Source: an uncultured delta proteobacterium
GTDB lineage: Bacteria > Myxococcota > Myxococcia > Myxococcales > Anaeromyxobacteraceae
Length of the DNA: 64,000 bases
Direction: 5' to 3'
NCBI GenBank assembly: GCA_963766715.1
Contig: CAVYBH010000002.1
Span: 96,001-160,000, forward strand
The position numbers were made by a program, and so were the translations under genes. The notes under the pieces were generated by a model. That model saw only the letters and a list, made by a program, of their open reading frames with translations. It was not told the origin of the DNA and made no database searches. Positions 34,078-45,440 of the stretch are shown piece by piece (position 1 is the stretch's first letter; each line of letters begins with the position of its first letter).

Positions 34078-35828
34078 GCCGGGGGCTCCAGCGAGAGCAG
34101 GAGGGCGTCGAGGGCGGCGGTGGCGGCCTCGGCAGCCGCCGGGGCGTCCGCCGGCGTGGCCTCGGCGAGCCGGAGCAGGCGCCCCTCGTTGGCGGCGCCC
34201 AGCAGGGAGGCCAGCGGGATGCCGCGCGCCACGGCCTCCGCCGCCCGCCGGTGGAAGTGGAGGAAGGCGCGGAGCATGGCGAGCGTCTTCCCGGGCGGGG
34301 ACGAGGCGTCGGCGGGGAGCAGCGCGCTCTGCCGGAGGAACCCCTCCCGCAGCAGCCGGGCCGACTCGAGCACCACGCGCTCGGCGTCCTGGAGCGCCTC
34401 GATGCCGACCAGCTGCGCGATCTCCTGCAGCTCCCGCTCCCGCTGGAGCAGGCGCATCGCCTCGTCGCGCAGCGGCAGCCACTCCGGGCCGGCCTCGCGC
34501 GCGAACCACTCCTCCAGGCGAGGCGCGTCCAGGCTGTAGGAGAGGGACCAGTCGACCGCCGGGAAGTGGCGCCGGTGGGCGAGGTCCGGGGAGAGCGCCC
34601 AGAGCGCACCGCTGGCGCGAAGCGAGGCCTGCGTGACCGGCTCGGAGAAGTCGCCGCCCGGCGGCGAGACCGCGCCCACCACCGTGACCGCGCCCTCGCC
34701 GTCGCCGGAGAGCGGAACCACCCGGCCGGCGCGCTCGTAGAACTGGGCCGCGCGGGACGCGAGCGAGGTCGGGTACCCCTCCTCGCCGGGCATCTCCTCG
34801 AGGCGCGACGAGATCTCCCGGAGCGCCTCGGCCCAGCGGGAGGTCGAGTCGATCATGAGCGCGACCCGGAGCGACTGGTCGCGGAAGTACTCGGCCAGCG
34901 TGGCGCCGAAGTAGATCGAGGCCTCGCGCGCCGCCACCGGCATGTTGGAGGTGTTCACCACGAGCACCGTCCGGGAGAGGAGCGGGGCGCCGGTGTGCGG
35001 GTCGGTCAGGCGGGGGAACTCGTCGAGGACCTCGGCCATCTCGTTGCCGCGCTCGCCGCAGCCGACGTAGACGATGACGTCGGCGGCCCCGTGCCGGGCC
35101 AGGCTCTGCTCCAGCACGGTCTTCCCGGTGCCGAAGCCGCCCGGCACGATGGCGGTGCCGCCGCTCGCCACCGGGAAGAAGCAATCGAGGACCCGCTGGC
35201 CGGTCAGGAACGGGACGTCCGGGCGGAGCCGTCGGGCGACCGGGCGGGCGCGCCGCACCGGCCACCGGTGCATCATCGAGAGCGACGCACCGCCGTCGAG
35301 GAGGACCACGGGGTCCTCCACGCGGACGTGACCTTCCTGGACGGACGCGACGCGGCCGCCGGAGCCCGGCGGCGCCAGGATCTTCTCCGGCCGCGACGCC
35401 GGGGCGTCGAGCGGCACCGCCGTGCCGATCACCATCCCGCCCCGGAGCTCCTCGCCGACGCGCAGGGACGGGCGGAACTCCCAGAGGCGCTTCCGGTCGA
35501 GGGCCGGGAGGCTGGCGCCGCGCCGGAGCCAGTCTCCCTCGAGGGCGGCGAGAGGCGAGAGCGGGCGCTGGACCCCGTCGAAGACCATGCCCAGCAGGCC
35601 CGGTCCCAGCTCGGCGGCGAGCGGCCCGCCGGTCGCCTCGGCCGGCTCCCCGGGGCGCAGCCCGTCGGTGTCCTCGTAGACCTGGACGGTGGCGACGTCC
35701 CCGTCGATCCGGACCACCTCGCCGAGCAGGTGCTCCTCTCCCACCCGGACGATCTCGTTCATCCCCACGCCCGGGAGCCCCCGGATCGAGGCGGTGGGCC
35801 CCGCGATGCGGACGAGCCGTCCGGTCAT
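34074..35828 (-). CDS. atpA: V/A-type ATP synthase catalytic subunit A
   Basis: Walker [27 protein letters not shown] and [13 protein letters not shown]. Confidence 0.97.
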   Translation of the reverse strand: MTGRLVRIAGPTASIRGLPGVGMNEIVRVGEEHLLGEVVRIDGDVATVQVYEDTDGLRPGEPAEATGGPLAAELGPGLLGMVFDGVQRPLSPLAALEGDWLRRGASLPALDRKRLWEFRPSLRVGEELRGGMVIGTAVPLDAPASRPEKILAPPGSGGRVASVQEGHVRVEDPVVLLDGGASLSMMHRWPVRRARPVARRLRPDVPFLTGQRVLDCFFPVASGGTAIVPGGFGTGKTVLEQSLARHGAADVIVYVGCGERGNEMAEVLDEFPRLTDPHTGAPLLSRTVLVVNTSNMPVAAREASIYFGATLAEYFRDQSLRVALMIDSTSRWAEALREISSRLEEMPGEEGYPTSLASRAAQFYERAGRVVPLSGDGEGAVTVVGAVSPPGGDFSEPVTQASLRASGALWALSPDLAHRRHFPAVDWSLSYSLDAPRLEEWFAREAGPEWLPLRDEAMRLLQRERELQEIAQLVGIEALQDAERVVLESARLLREGFLRQSALLPADASSPPGKTLAMLRAFLHFHRRAAEAVARGIPLASLLGAANEGRLLRLAEATPADAPAAAEAATAALDALLLSLEPPA

Positions 35829-36166
35829 CGACGCTCCTCCAGCTTCACGTGGTAGCCGATGGCCCGGCGGATGAGCGCCGCGACGTAGGCCGTCCCGGCC
35901 CCGGCTCCGGCCGCGCGGGGCAGGGTGAACGGGAGGACCACGGGCAGGGCGCGCGCCGACGCCTGGCGCAGGAGCGTCTCGGGCACGGCCTCGACGACCC
36001 GGGTCTCGATGGCGAGGACCGCGAGCGACGGATCCGCCACGAGGGCCCGGAAGCGGGACTGCTCCTCGCCCGGGGCGACCTCGTCGACCGGGACGCCGGC
36101 GAGCCGGAAGCCCGCGCCGTCGCCGGGGCGGGTCACCACGCGCAGTCCTCGGGTGGCGACGGTCAC
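35825..36166 (-). CDS. atpF: V/A-type ATP synthase subunit F
   Basis: GFRLAGV and LIRRAIGY; position between subunits C and A. Confidence 0.88.
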   Translation of the reverse strand: MTVATRGLRVVTRPGDGAGFRLAGVPVDEVAPGEEQSRFRALVADPSLAVLAIETRVVEAVPETLLRQASARALPVVLPFTLPRAAGAGAGTAYVAALIRRAIGYHVKLEERR

Positions 36167-36167
36167 G

Positions 36168-37200
36168 TCACGCCTCCAGGAGATCGAGAAGGGTCGTGGG
36201 AGGGAAGCCCTCGGAGGTGGCGCGAAGGGCGAGCCGGACCCGCCGCAGCTCCTCGCCCACCTCGACGAGCCAGGCGCAGGGGACCGCCACGGTGAGCGGA
36301 TCGCGGCGGGCGGCGCGCCGCGAGAAGTCGGCGAGGGCACGTCCCAGGAGGTGGTCGGAGAGGGAGGGGCTCGCGAGCGCGGCCGTGGCCCGGGCCGGAT
36401 CCCCCAGGAGATCCCCGAGCACGGCGGCCAGCGCGGCCGGGACCTCCGCCGCGGGGAGCCGGGAGATGCGGGCGATCGCGTCGCGGATCCAGCCGGTCCC
36501 CGCCCTCCACCGGGAAGGCGTCCCGGGCGGGCTCCGATGCCAGCGCGAGCAGGGAGGACGCGGCCGAGAGGTCGGCGCGTGCGGCGGCCAGCGCGCGCAG
36601 GGCGCGGCGGTCCGCTCCCGCTCCCCGGGCGGCCCGCCGGAGCCCCGTCCAGGCGGCCCGGTCGAGCGCGACCTCGACGGCCGCGAGCGCCGCCGGCTTG
36701 CGGAGGTCCGACGCCGTCCGGAGCGCCTCGGCGAAGGGGGAGCCCCAGGCGGCGAGCCGCTCGGCGGCGGCGGCGCCGTCCGGACAGGAGGCGATGGCGA
36801 CGAGCCGCTCCCGCCCCAGCGCGGGCGTCGGGCCGAGCAGGAGGCTCCCGCGCTCCGGGGCGAGCGCGCCGGCCACGCACCGCAGGGCGCCTCGCAGCGC
36901 GCGGGCGTCGTCGGGCAGGAGGAAGGCCTCCACCAGCCGTCGCGCGGCGGGATCGAGGTCGGCGAGCACCGCCCGCGCCTCCCCCTGCGCGCGCGCCTCG
37001 AGGGCCGCCTCGGCCTCCTCGATCGTGGAGGCCTCCGAGGCCGGGGCCCAGAGCGTGGATCGGAGCGCCGCCAGCCGCTCGCCCGCGGTCGATCGCGTGA
37101 CGAGATCGCGGAGCCCCGCCGACGAGAGGAGGCCGGAGCGGGCCGCGCCGAGCCGCGCCAGCGCGAAGTCCCGCCCCGATGGGAAGTGAACCCTACGCAT
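36168..37200 (-). CDS. atpC: V/A-type ATP synthase subunit C (d) (frame break near 36490)
   Basis: DFALARLGAARSGLL N-terminus, EVALDR and ELRRVRL; operon position. Confidence 0.75.
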
Positions 37201-37783
37201 CGCCTTCTCCCAGGAGCAGCCGGCCGACCGGGATCTGGAGCGCGGGCCAGGCGCGCGCGAGCCGGGCCGGGAGCGTGTCGTCGACGACGAGCGCGTCGCC
37301 GACGGCGAGCACGACGCCTCCGCACGGACCCGGCCGCTCCGTCACCGACGTCCGCGGCGCCGCGTCGGGGCGATGGCGCGCCATCCAGTCCCGGCAGGCC
37401 CCGGCGTGCCCCGGATCGCAGGTGAGCGAGAGCGGCCCCCCGTCGTCGTCCGCGAGCACCTCCTCGAGCGTCGCGCAGGTGAGCGCGGGCGTGGACCGGG
37501 CCGCGAGCGCCCGCTGCGAGCGCTCCAGGACGTCGTCGAGCAGGCGGTGCGCCTCGACGAGGGCGGCGCGATCCCCCTCCTGCGAGGCCCTTCGCCGCGC
37601 CTTCTCGCGCATCGCCTCCGCCTTCGCCGCGGCGCGCGCCAGGGCCTCCTCCCGGGCCGCCGCCGAGAGGCGGCGCCCCTCCTCCGAGATGCGCACGGCC
37701 TCGAGGCGCGCCTCCTCCTCCACCGCGCGGCACTGGTCGCGCACCTCGTGCTCGAGCGCACGGAGGAGGTCACCGTAGGCCAC
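37193..37783 (-). CDS. atpE: V/A-type ATP synthase subunit E
   Basis: Coiled-coil N-terminus, GGVVL...VDDTL-x-ARL; operon position. Confidence 0.78.
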   Translation of the reverse strand: MAYGDLLRALEHEVRDQCRAVEEEARLEAVRISEEGRRLSAAAREEALARAAAKAEAMREKARRRASQEGDRAALVEAHRLLDDVLERSQRALAARSTPALTCATLEEVLADDDGGPLSLTCDPGHAGACRDWMARHRPDAAPRTSVTERPGPCGGVVLAVGDALVVDDTLPARLARAWPALQIPVGRLLLGEGDA

Positions 37784-37786
37784 GGC

Positions 37787-38005
37787 TCACTTGCCGCCGG
37801 TGAGGATGAGGACCGCCACCACGAATCCGAGGATGACGAGCGTCTCGGGGATGGCGAGCATCACGATGATGGCGCCCCGGAGCTCGGGCTTCTCGGCCAG
37901 CGCCCCGGCGCCCGCCGCGCCGATGCGGGACTGGACCCAGGCGGTGGCCACGGCGGCGACGCCGACGGAGAGGGCGGCTGCGAGCGCGAGGTAGACATGT
38001 TCCAT
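37787..38005 (-). CDS. atpK: V/A-type ATP synthase proteolipid subunit K/c (single hairpin)
   Basis: QSRIGAAGAGALAE...IPETL with the ion-binding Glu. Confidence 0.93.
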   Translation of the reverse strand: MEHVYLALAAALSVGVAAVATAWVQSRIGAAGAGALAEKPELRGAIIVMLAIPETLVILGFVVAVLILTGGK

Positions 38006-38021
38006 GATTCCTCCCGGTGAA

Positions 38022-39901
38022 TCAGGTGGGCGGGGCGAAGGGGCGATAGGGCAGTCCGCCCCCCTCGTAGAACTTCTCGAAGAACTCCACGTAGTGGAGG
38101 CGGAGCGAGGCGATGAGCGGGCTCATGATGCCGAGCGTGAAGTTGACGGTGTGGAGCAGGAGGGCGAGGACGATGCCGAGGGCGGCCGGGTGGACCGCGG
38201 TGGCCAGGTGGTTCGCCACGTCGGCGAGCATGACGGACGCGATCCCGAGCGCCATCAGGCGCGCGTAGCTGAGGACGTTGCCGAGCGAGAGCACGACCTC
38301 GAGCAGCGCCATGGGTCCGCCGGCGAGCGAGAGGAGCACGCCGCCTCCCGCCACGCAGAGCCCGGGCAGCAGCGCGCCCCGGGGAAGCACGCCCGCCACC
38401 GCCGCGCCGGCCACCGCCGCGCCGGCGAGGAGGAGCAGGCGCCCCACCCGCTCGATGCCCTCCCGCACGTGCCCGTGGCGGAGGGAGTGCAGCGCGCCGA
38501 TGGCGGTTCCCAGGGCGACGTGCACGAGCCCGACGCCGACGGCGAGCGCCAGGAACGACAGGAGGGCGGAGCGCCGGTGGAGGAGGATCGGGTGCATCCC
38601 CAGCCGGGCGCCCAGGTCGCCCAGGGCCTCCCCGAAGAGGATGCCGAAGAGGAAGGCCGATCGCCGAGCAGGCGAGCGCGATGAAGGCCGTGTCGCGACC
38701 GGCGGCGCCGCCCCAGCGGAACCGGAGCGCCGCGAGCGAGACGCAGATGCCCAGCACGCCGAAGCCCGCGTCGCCCAGCACGAGCCCGAAGAAGAGCGGG
38801 AAGAAGACGGCCAGCCACGGCGTCGGATCGATGGATCCGTAGCGCGGCGGCGGAACGAGGGCGAGCAGCCGCTCGAAGGGGCGGAGGAACGGCGGATTCC
38901 GGAGCACCACCGGCACGTCGTCGCCGTCCTCCGGGCCTGGCGGGTGCGCCAGCGAGACCACCCGCCCGGAGAAGCGGTCGGCGAGCGCCGAATCGATGGC
39001 CAGGACGCCCTCGCGGGGCATCCAGCCCGTCACCACGAAGGCGTGCCGGGTCTCCCCGCAGCGCGCCAGGGCCCCCAGCCGGGCGAGCCGGGTGCGCCCC
39101 TCGGCGGCGGCGCGGCGCAGGGCCGGGGCGACGCGGGCGGCGAAGGCCGCGAGCGCCTCCTCGGCCGAGCGGATCTGCGCGGGGATCTCCCGCTCCCGCT
39201 GCAGGAGCAGCTGGAGGGCGCGGACGAGCGGCTGCCCGGCGTAGCGGGAGGGCAGCCGGATCTCCTCCACCCCCCGCTCGAAGAGGAGCGCCGACACGGC
39301 CCGGGCGTGCTCCCGCGGGATCGAGACCAGGACCGCCAGCTGATCCGCCCCGGCCGGCCGGGACTGGACCGAGCAGTTCCCGTCCGTCAGCCGCCGGAGC
39401 TCCTCGCCGAGGAGGGCGAGGGCGTGCGGATCGTGGCGCATCACGAGGCCGACCGGGTGCGGCTCCCCGGGGCCGGGGAGGGCCGGGCGCAGCGGCGCCA
39501 GCTCGACGAGCAGGCGCCCGTACCGCTCCGAGATCTGCCGCTCCTCGCGGAGCGCCGCGGCGCGCGCCTCGAGGTCGACCCGCTCCGCGTCGAGCGCCTT
39601 CACCCGGGGCAGGAACTCCGCGGCTCTCGACGTCGGGCAGCGGCTCGGGCTCGGCGCGGCCGGTCGCCGGCAGCGCGGCGAGCAGCCGGAGGCAGGCGTC
39701 GAGCGCCGTGGTCAGCGCGTCCTCCGACGCGTGCTCGCCCTCGCGGAGCGGGACGAGCCGGAGCCCGGGGCGGGGCGAGCCGGCCTCGAGGTGCGCGGGC
39801 GTGCGCAGGTCGAGGACCCCGCGCGCCTGCAGGAACTCGAGCACGCCCGGCAGGAGGCGGCGCGGCCCCAGGACCTGCAGCTTGGCCATGGGGAGGATCA
39901 A
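38022..39901 (-). CDS. atpI: V/A-type ATP synthase subunit I (a) (frame breaks near 39620 and 38655)
   Basis: IDPTPW...FFG-x3-GDAG, SYARLMA (essential Arg) and SLRLHYVEFF. Confidence 0.93.
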
Positions 39902-40236
39902 GGAGCCTCCCCGAGGACGGCGCGGAGGACGAGCTCGACGGCGCGGTCGAGCCGCGGCAGGGCCCGGCCGCGGACCTCGCTCGCTCGCGCCTCGGCGCGC
40001 GTCCTCGCCTCGGCGTCGATCCGGGAGACCTCTTGCGCGGCGGCCTCGAGCAGGCCGGCGACCTCGGCCTCGAGCGCGAGCCGGGCGGCGGCCGCCTCGG
40101 CCTCGGCGGCGGCGCGCGCCTTCGCGACGGTGCGCCCTGCGGCGCTCCGCGCCTCCTCGAGGGTCTTCTCGAGCGCGACGTCGTCGGCTTCCAGCCGGTC
40201 GAGCGCCTCGCTCTCGCCACTCGTACGCTTCGCCAC
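39898..40236 (-). CDS. V/A-type ATP synthase subunit G/H (peripheral stalk)
   Basis: Ala/Glu-rich coiled coil ending AVELVL; first gene of the operon. Confidence 0.7.
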   Translation of the reverse strand: MAKRTSGESEALDRLEADDVALEKTLEEARSAAGRTVAKARAAAEAEAAAARLALEAEVAGLLEAAAQEVSRIDAEARTRAEARASEVRGRALPRLDRAVELVLRAVLGEAP

Positions 40237-40430
40237 CGAGAATCCCTCCCGGCGAACGGGGATGCCCACGGCCGCGTGGCCATCCCAGGTGTCCTACCTC
40301 TTGATTCTCCCTCCGATCGCCGCACCGCGTCGCGCGGCGAAAGGGGGCGCGCCGGCGGCCCGCGCGGGTTCACCCCCCTGCGCGTTGACATGGAGCGAAC
40401 CGGGCGACAAAGAAGGCGCCGGAGGTGTGC

Positions 40431-41407
40431 ATGGTGAAGGCGATCCGGATTCACGAGATTGGCGGTCCCGAGGTCCTGCGCTTCGAGGACGTGAAGCTCC
40501 CCGAGCCCGGCCCCGGGCAGGCGCGGGTGCGCCACACCGCCATCGGGGTGAACTTCATCGACACCTACCACCGGACCGGCCTCTACAAGCTGCCCCTCCC
40601 GAGCGGGATCGGAGTGGAGGCCGCCGGCGTCGTCGAGGCGGTTGGACCGGGCGTGACGCACGCGAAGCCCGGCGACCGGGTCGCCTACGTGTCCCGACCC
40701 CCGGGAGCCTACGCCGAGGCCGCCATCGTGCCGGCCGACCGCCTGGTCCTCGTCCCGGACGGCGTGTCGGACGAGGTCGCTGCCGCCGCCATGCTGAAGG
40801 GCATGACGGTCTGGATGCTGGTCCGGCGGATCCACGCCGTGAAGCCCGGGGAGACCGTGCTCTTCCACGCGGCCGCCGGCGGGGTGGGGCTCATCGCCAT
40901 GCAGTGGCTGCGCGCCCTCGGGGCCCGAACGATCGCCACGGTGGGCAGCGACCCGAAGGGGAAGCTGGCGCTGGCTCGGCGGGGGCGAGCGAGGTCATCG
41001 TCTACACCCGGGAGGATTTCGCGAAGCGGGTCCGGGAGCTGACCGGGGGCGCCGGCGTCCCGGTCGTCTACGACTCGGTGGGAAGGAGCACCTTCGAGGG
41101 ATCCCTCGAGTGCCTGTCGCCGCTGGGGCTCATGGTGAGCTACGGCAACGCCTCCGGCGCGGTTCCGCCGTTCGACATCTCCCAGCTGGCGGCCAAGGGA
41201 TCGCTCTTCCTGACCCGCCCCACGCTCTTCAGCTACACGGCCCGGCGGGAAGACCTGGAGGAAGGAGCCCGGGAGCTGTTCACCGTGATCCGATCCGGCC
41301 AGGTCCGCATCGAGGTGCAGCACCGCTGGCCGCTCGCCCAGGCCGCCGACGCCCACCGGGCGCTCGAGGGGCGCGAGACCACCGGGTCAATCGTCCTCGT
41401 CCCGTAG
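40431..41407 (+). CDS. qor: NADPH:quinone oxidoreductase, zeta-crystallin family (frame break near 40975)
   Basis: GGPEVL, IGVNFID, AAAGGVG, VVYDSVG and KGSLFLTRP; TTGACA at 40385. Confidence 0.93.
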
Positions 41408-41419
41408 GCAAGGAGCACC

Positions 41420-43575
41420 ATGAACCTGACCGCGTCCGTCCTCGTCGCCGTCCTCGCCGGCCAGATGCCCCCGGCCCCGCAGCCGCCCCGCGCCCCGCGC
41501 CGGCCCGTCGTCGAGACCCACCACGGCGTGGAGGTCCAGGATCCGTACCGGTGGCTGGAGGACTCCCAGTCACCCGAGGTGAAGGCCTGGAGCGAGGCCC
41601 AGGCGGCCGCCGCCCGGACCTGGCTCGACGCGCTGCCGGCGCCGGGGAGATCCGGGCGCAGGTGAAGGACCTCGTGCTGGCGCGATCGCCGACGTGGTTC
41701 GACGTGACCGAGCGGCCCGGCGGCCTCTTCGCGAGGAAGAGCGACCCCGCCAAGCAGCAGCCGGTCCTGGTCTGGATGCGCTCGCTCGTCGACCCGGCCG
41801 CCGAGCGGGTCCTGCTCGATCCGACGGTCGTCGATCCCACCGGATCGACCGCGATCGACTGGTACGTCCCGTCGCTCGACGGACGGAAGATCGCGATCTC
41901 CCTGTCGAAGGGAGGAACCGAGATCGGGGACGCGCAGATCTTCGACGTCGCGTCGATGAAGCCCATCGATCCGCCCATCCGGCACGTCCACGGCGGAACG
42001 GCCGGCGGCTCGATCGCCTGGAACGGGGAAGGCACGGGCTTCTGGTACACGCGCTATCCGAGGGAGGGAGAGCGCCCCGCGGCCGACCTGCCCTTCTACC
42101 AGCAGGTCTGGTTCCACGAGCTGGGCAAGCCCGAGTCGGCCGACCGCAAGGAGCTCGCCGACGAGCTGCCCCGGATCGCCGAGGTGGAGCTCCACACCAA
42201 GCGGGACGGCAAGTGGGTGCTGGCGCGCGTGAAGAACGGGGACGGCGGCGAGGTGGAGCTGTGGCTGCGCCCCACCGGCAAGGGGGCGTGGAAGCGCCTG
42301 TCCCGTTTCGCCGACCTGGCCGTGAGGGGCGAGTTCGGCGACGGCCCCGAGCTCTTCGTGCTGTCGCGCAAGGGGGCCCCCCACGGCCGGATCCTGCGCC
42401 TCGCCCTGCCGCCCCAGGGCGCCGAGCCGATCGCGGCCGCGCGCGAGGTGGTCCCGCAGGGAACCGACACCATCGAGGCGATCGTGGCGACGCGCGACCG
42501 GCTCTACCTCCAGGACATGGCTGGCGGGCCATCGCGCCTGCGCATGGTCTCCACGAGCGGGAAGCCGCTCGGCGAGGTGCGGATCCTTCCCGTCTCCTCG
42601 GTCGGGCAGGTGGTGGCCGTCCCGGGCCGCGGCGTCCTCTACCAGAACGAGAGCTGGGTGGACCCGGTGGCCTGGTACGCCTTCGACCCCGCCACCGGCC
42701 AGGTGACGAAGACGCGCCTCGCGGCCCGATCGCCCGTCGATCTCGCCGGGGCGGAGGCCGTGCGCGGCATGGCCACGTCCAGGGACGGGACGCGGGTGCC
42801 GGTGGACGTGGTCCGGATGAAGGGGACGAAGCTCGACGGCGATCGCCCCACGATCCTCTACGGCTACGGAGGGTACGGAATCAACGAGCGCCCCTTCTTC
42901 AGCTCCCTGCGCGCGCTGTGGATCCTGAACGGCGGGGTGTACGCCAACGCGGTCCTCCGCGGGGGCGGGGAGTTCGGCGAGGAGTGGCACCTGGCCGGCA
43001 ACCTCACCCGCAAGCAGAACGTCTTCGACGACTTCATCGCGGCGGCCCAGTGGCTGGTGAAGGAGGGCTACACCCGGCCGGAGCGGCTGGCGATCCTGGG
43101 CGGCTCCAACGGTGGACTGCTCGTGAACGCCGTGGTGACCCAGCGCCCGGACCTCTGCCGCGCCGCGGCCAGCCTGGTCGGCATCTCCGACATGATCCGG
43201 GTCGAGACCACGCCCAACGGCGCCTTCAACGTCACCGAGTTCGGCACCGTGAAGGACCCCGATCAGTTCCGGGCGCTGTACGCCTACTCGCCCTACCACC
43301 ACGTGGTCGACGGGACGAAGTACCCGGCCGTCCTCCTCACCGCGGGAGAAGGGGACCCCCGCGTCGACTCGTGGCACGCGAAGAAGCTGGCGGCCCGGCT
43401 CCAGGAGGCCACCGCCTCCGGCCTGCCCGTCGTCCTGCGCCTCTCCGGCTGGGGGCACGGCATCGGGACCTCGCGCGACCAGGCCATCGCCGAGGCGGCC
43501 AATCTCTGGACGTTCTTCTTCGCCGAGCTGGGCGTCCCCTTCCGGCCGATCGCGATCACCGCGACGGCGGGGTGA
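41420..43575 (+). CDS. Secreted prolyl oligopeptidase, S9A (frame break near 41645)
   Basis: Signal peptide, [27 protein letters not shown]-x-RV and GHG. Confidence 0.93.
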
Positions 43576-43648
43576 CGCCCGCAGGGTCCCCCGGAAGCCC
43601 CCCGGGCGCTTCCTCGACCGGGTCCGGGCCGGGGGGTATCGTCCGGCC

Positions 43649-44846
43649 GTGAATGCACCCGGCGCCACCGCGTGGGTCCCGCTGCGGAGCCGCGCGACCG
43701 GGGCGCTGTGCGCGGGCACCATCGCGGCCTACGCCGCCATGTACGTCACGCAACCGCTCCTGCCGCTGCTCTCGGCGGAGTTCCGCGTCGCGCCGGCCAC
43801 CGCGGGCCTCACGGTCTCGGCGGTCGTCCTCGCCATCGCGGCCGGCTCCTTCCTGGCCGGCCCGCTCTCCGACGCGCTGGGGCGGAAGACGGTGATGGTC
43901 GCCTCCCTGTTCCTGCTCGTCCTTCCCACGCTGGGATGCGCCGCGGCCCAGACCTTTCCGCAGCTCGTCCTCCTCCGGGGGCTGCAGGGGCTCCTCATCC
44001 CGGGCGTGACCGCGGTGGCCGTGGCGTGGGCGAGCGACCACTACGCCCCGGGCCAGCTCCGCACGTCGGTGGGCGCCGTCATCGCCGCGAGCGTCGCGGG
44101 CGGCCTGCTGGGACGGGTGGCGAGCGGCATGGCCGCCGGGCGGGGAGGGTGGCGCTCCGCCTTCCTGGTCTCGGCGGCGATCACCGCCGCGGGCGCGATC
44201 GGGATGTGGCGGGAGCTGCCGGGGGCGTCATCCCCGCGCGCGCCCTGGCGGGGCGCCTTCTCCGGGATGCTCGGTCACCTGGCCGAGCGGCGCCTGGTGG
44301 GCGGGTTCGCGCTGGCCTTCTGCCTCTTCTTCGGGTTCATCGCCGTGTTCACCTACCTGCCCTACCGGCTGGCGGCTCCGCCGTTCCGGCTCTCCACCGA
44401 GGCCATCTCGTCGGCGTACCTGGTCTACGTGGTGGGCATCGTGGTGTCGCCGCTCTCCGGGCGGCTCGCGACCCGGGTGGCGCCGGAGCGGCTCCTGCTC
44501 CTCGGGCTCGGCATCTCCGCGACTCGGCGTGGCGGTGACGCTGGCCGACTCGCTCCCGGTCGTGGTGGCGGGGCTGCTCGTGCTGGTGATCGGGATGTTC
44601 ACGGCCCAGGCCATCGGGCCGTCCTTCGTCAACGAGGCGGCCACGCGGGCCAAGGGCGGGGCGAACGGCCTCTACCTCGTCTTCTACTACGCGGGCGGAA
44701 CGCTCGGGTCCTGGCTGCCCGGCCTGGCCTGGGAGCGGTGGGGCTGGCCGGGGGTGGTGGCCTCGAGCGTCGCGGCGCTCGCGGCGGGCGCGATGGCGGT
44801 CTGGACGCTCTGCTGGCCGGTGGTCCCCGCGCGTCAGCCCGGGTAG
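43649..44846 (+). CDS. MFS transporter, YnfM-like (frame break near 44520)
   Basis: YVTQPLLP, GPLSDALGRK, YLPYRL-x2-PPF and LYLVFYYAG. Confidence 0.88.
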
Positions 44847-45361
44847 CGCTCCCACCAGATGTCGGCGTCCCGCGGCGTCTCGAGCTTGCGGGCCTCGATG
44901 CCCAGCCGGCGCAGCTCGCCCAGGATCCCGTCGATGATCTTCGGCACGGACGAGCGCACCGTGTCGGTGAGGGAGGTCCCGAGCTCGGTGCTCTCCGGGA
45001 TGGTCCCCCAGAGCGTCACGTCGGCGGGCGCGCCCCCCGAGAACTCCATGGCGAGCAGCGCGTCGCGCAGGCCGGGCTCGTGCGGGCTCATGACCGTCTT
45101 CGTCCCGCCCTTCATGATCTCGGCGCGCTCGTAGCGCTTCACGTCGCCCGGAGCGCCCCGGTCGCGGACCGCGTCGATGAAGATCGCGGCCTCGGTGCCG
45201 TGGAGGAGCGAGATCAGGTCGAGCCCGGGCGTGCCGGCGTCGAGCACCTCGGCGTCGCCGACGAGGTCCCATCCGCCGGTGAAGGTGCGGGCGACGAAGG
45301 GCCCCAGCCCGTCGTCGCTGTTCAGGACGTTTCCGATGCCCACCACGACCACGCGCGCCAT
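44834..45361 (-). CDS. hybD: Hydrogenase maturation endopeptidase
   Basis: GIGNVLNSDDGLG, DAGT, IDAV and SPHE. Confidence 0.92.
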   Translation of the reverse strand: MARVVVVGIGNVLNSDDGLGPFVARTFTGGWDLVGDAEVLDAGTPGLDLISLLHGTEAAIFIDAVRDRGAPGDVKRYERAEIMKGGTKTVMSPHEPGLRDALLAMEFSGGAPADVTLWGTIPESTELGTSLTDTVRSSVPKIIDGILGELRRLGIEARKLETPRDADIWWERYPG

Positions 45362-45374
45362 GCTCACCTCGAAC

Positions 45375-45410
45375 AAAAAGAGAGGGGCGGGGGTGGTTGG
45401 CCCCCGCCCC
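45375..45410 (-). terminator. Rho-independent terminator-like hairpin between hybC and hybD
   Basis: Minus strand GGGGCGGGGG-loop-CCCCCGCCCC then TCTCTTTTT; a second hairpin lies at 45415-45436. Confidence 0.7.
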
Positions 45411-45440
45411 GGATTCCGTCCCGGTTCCGGGACGGAGAGA

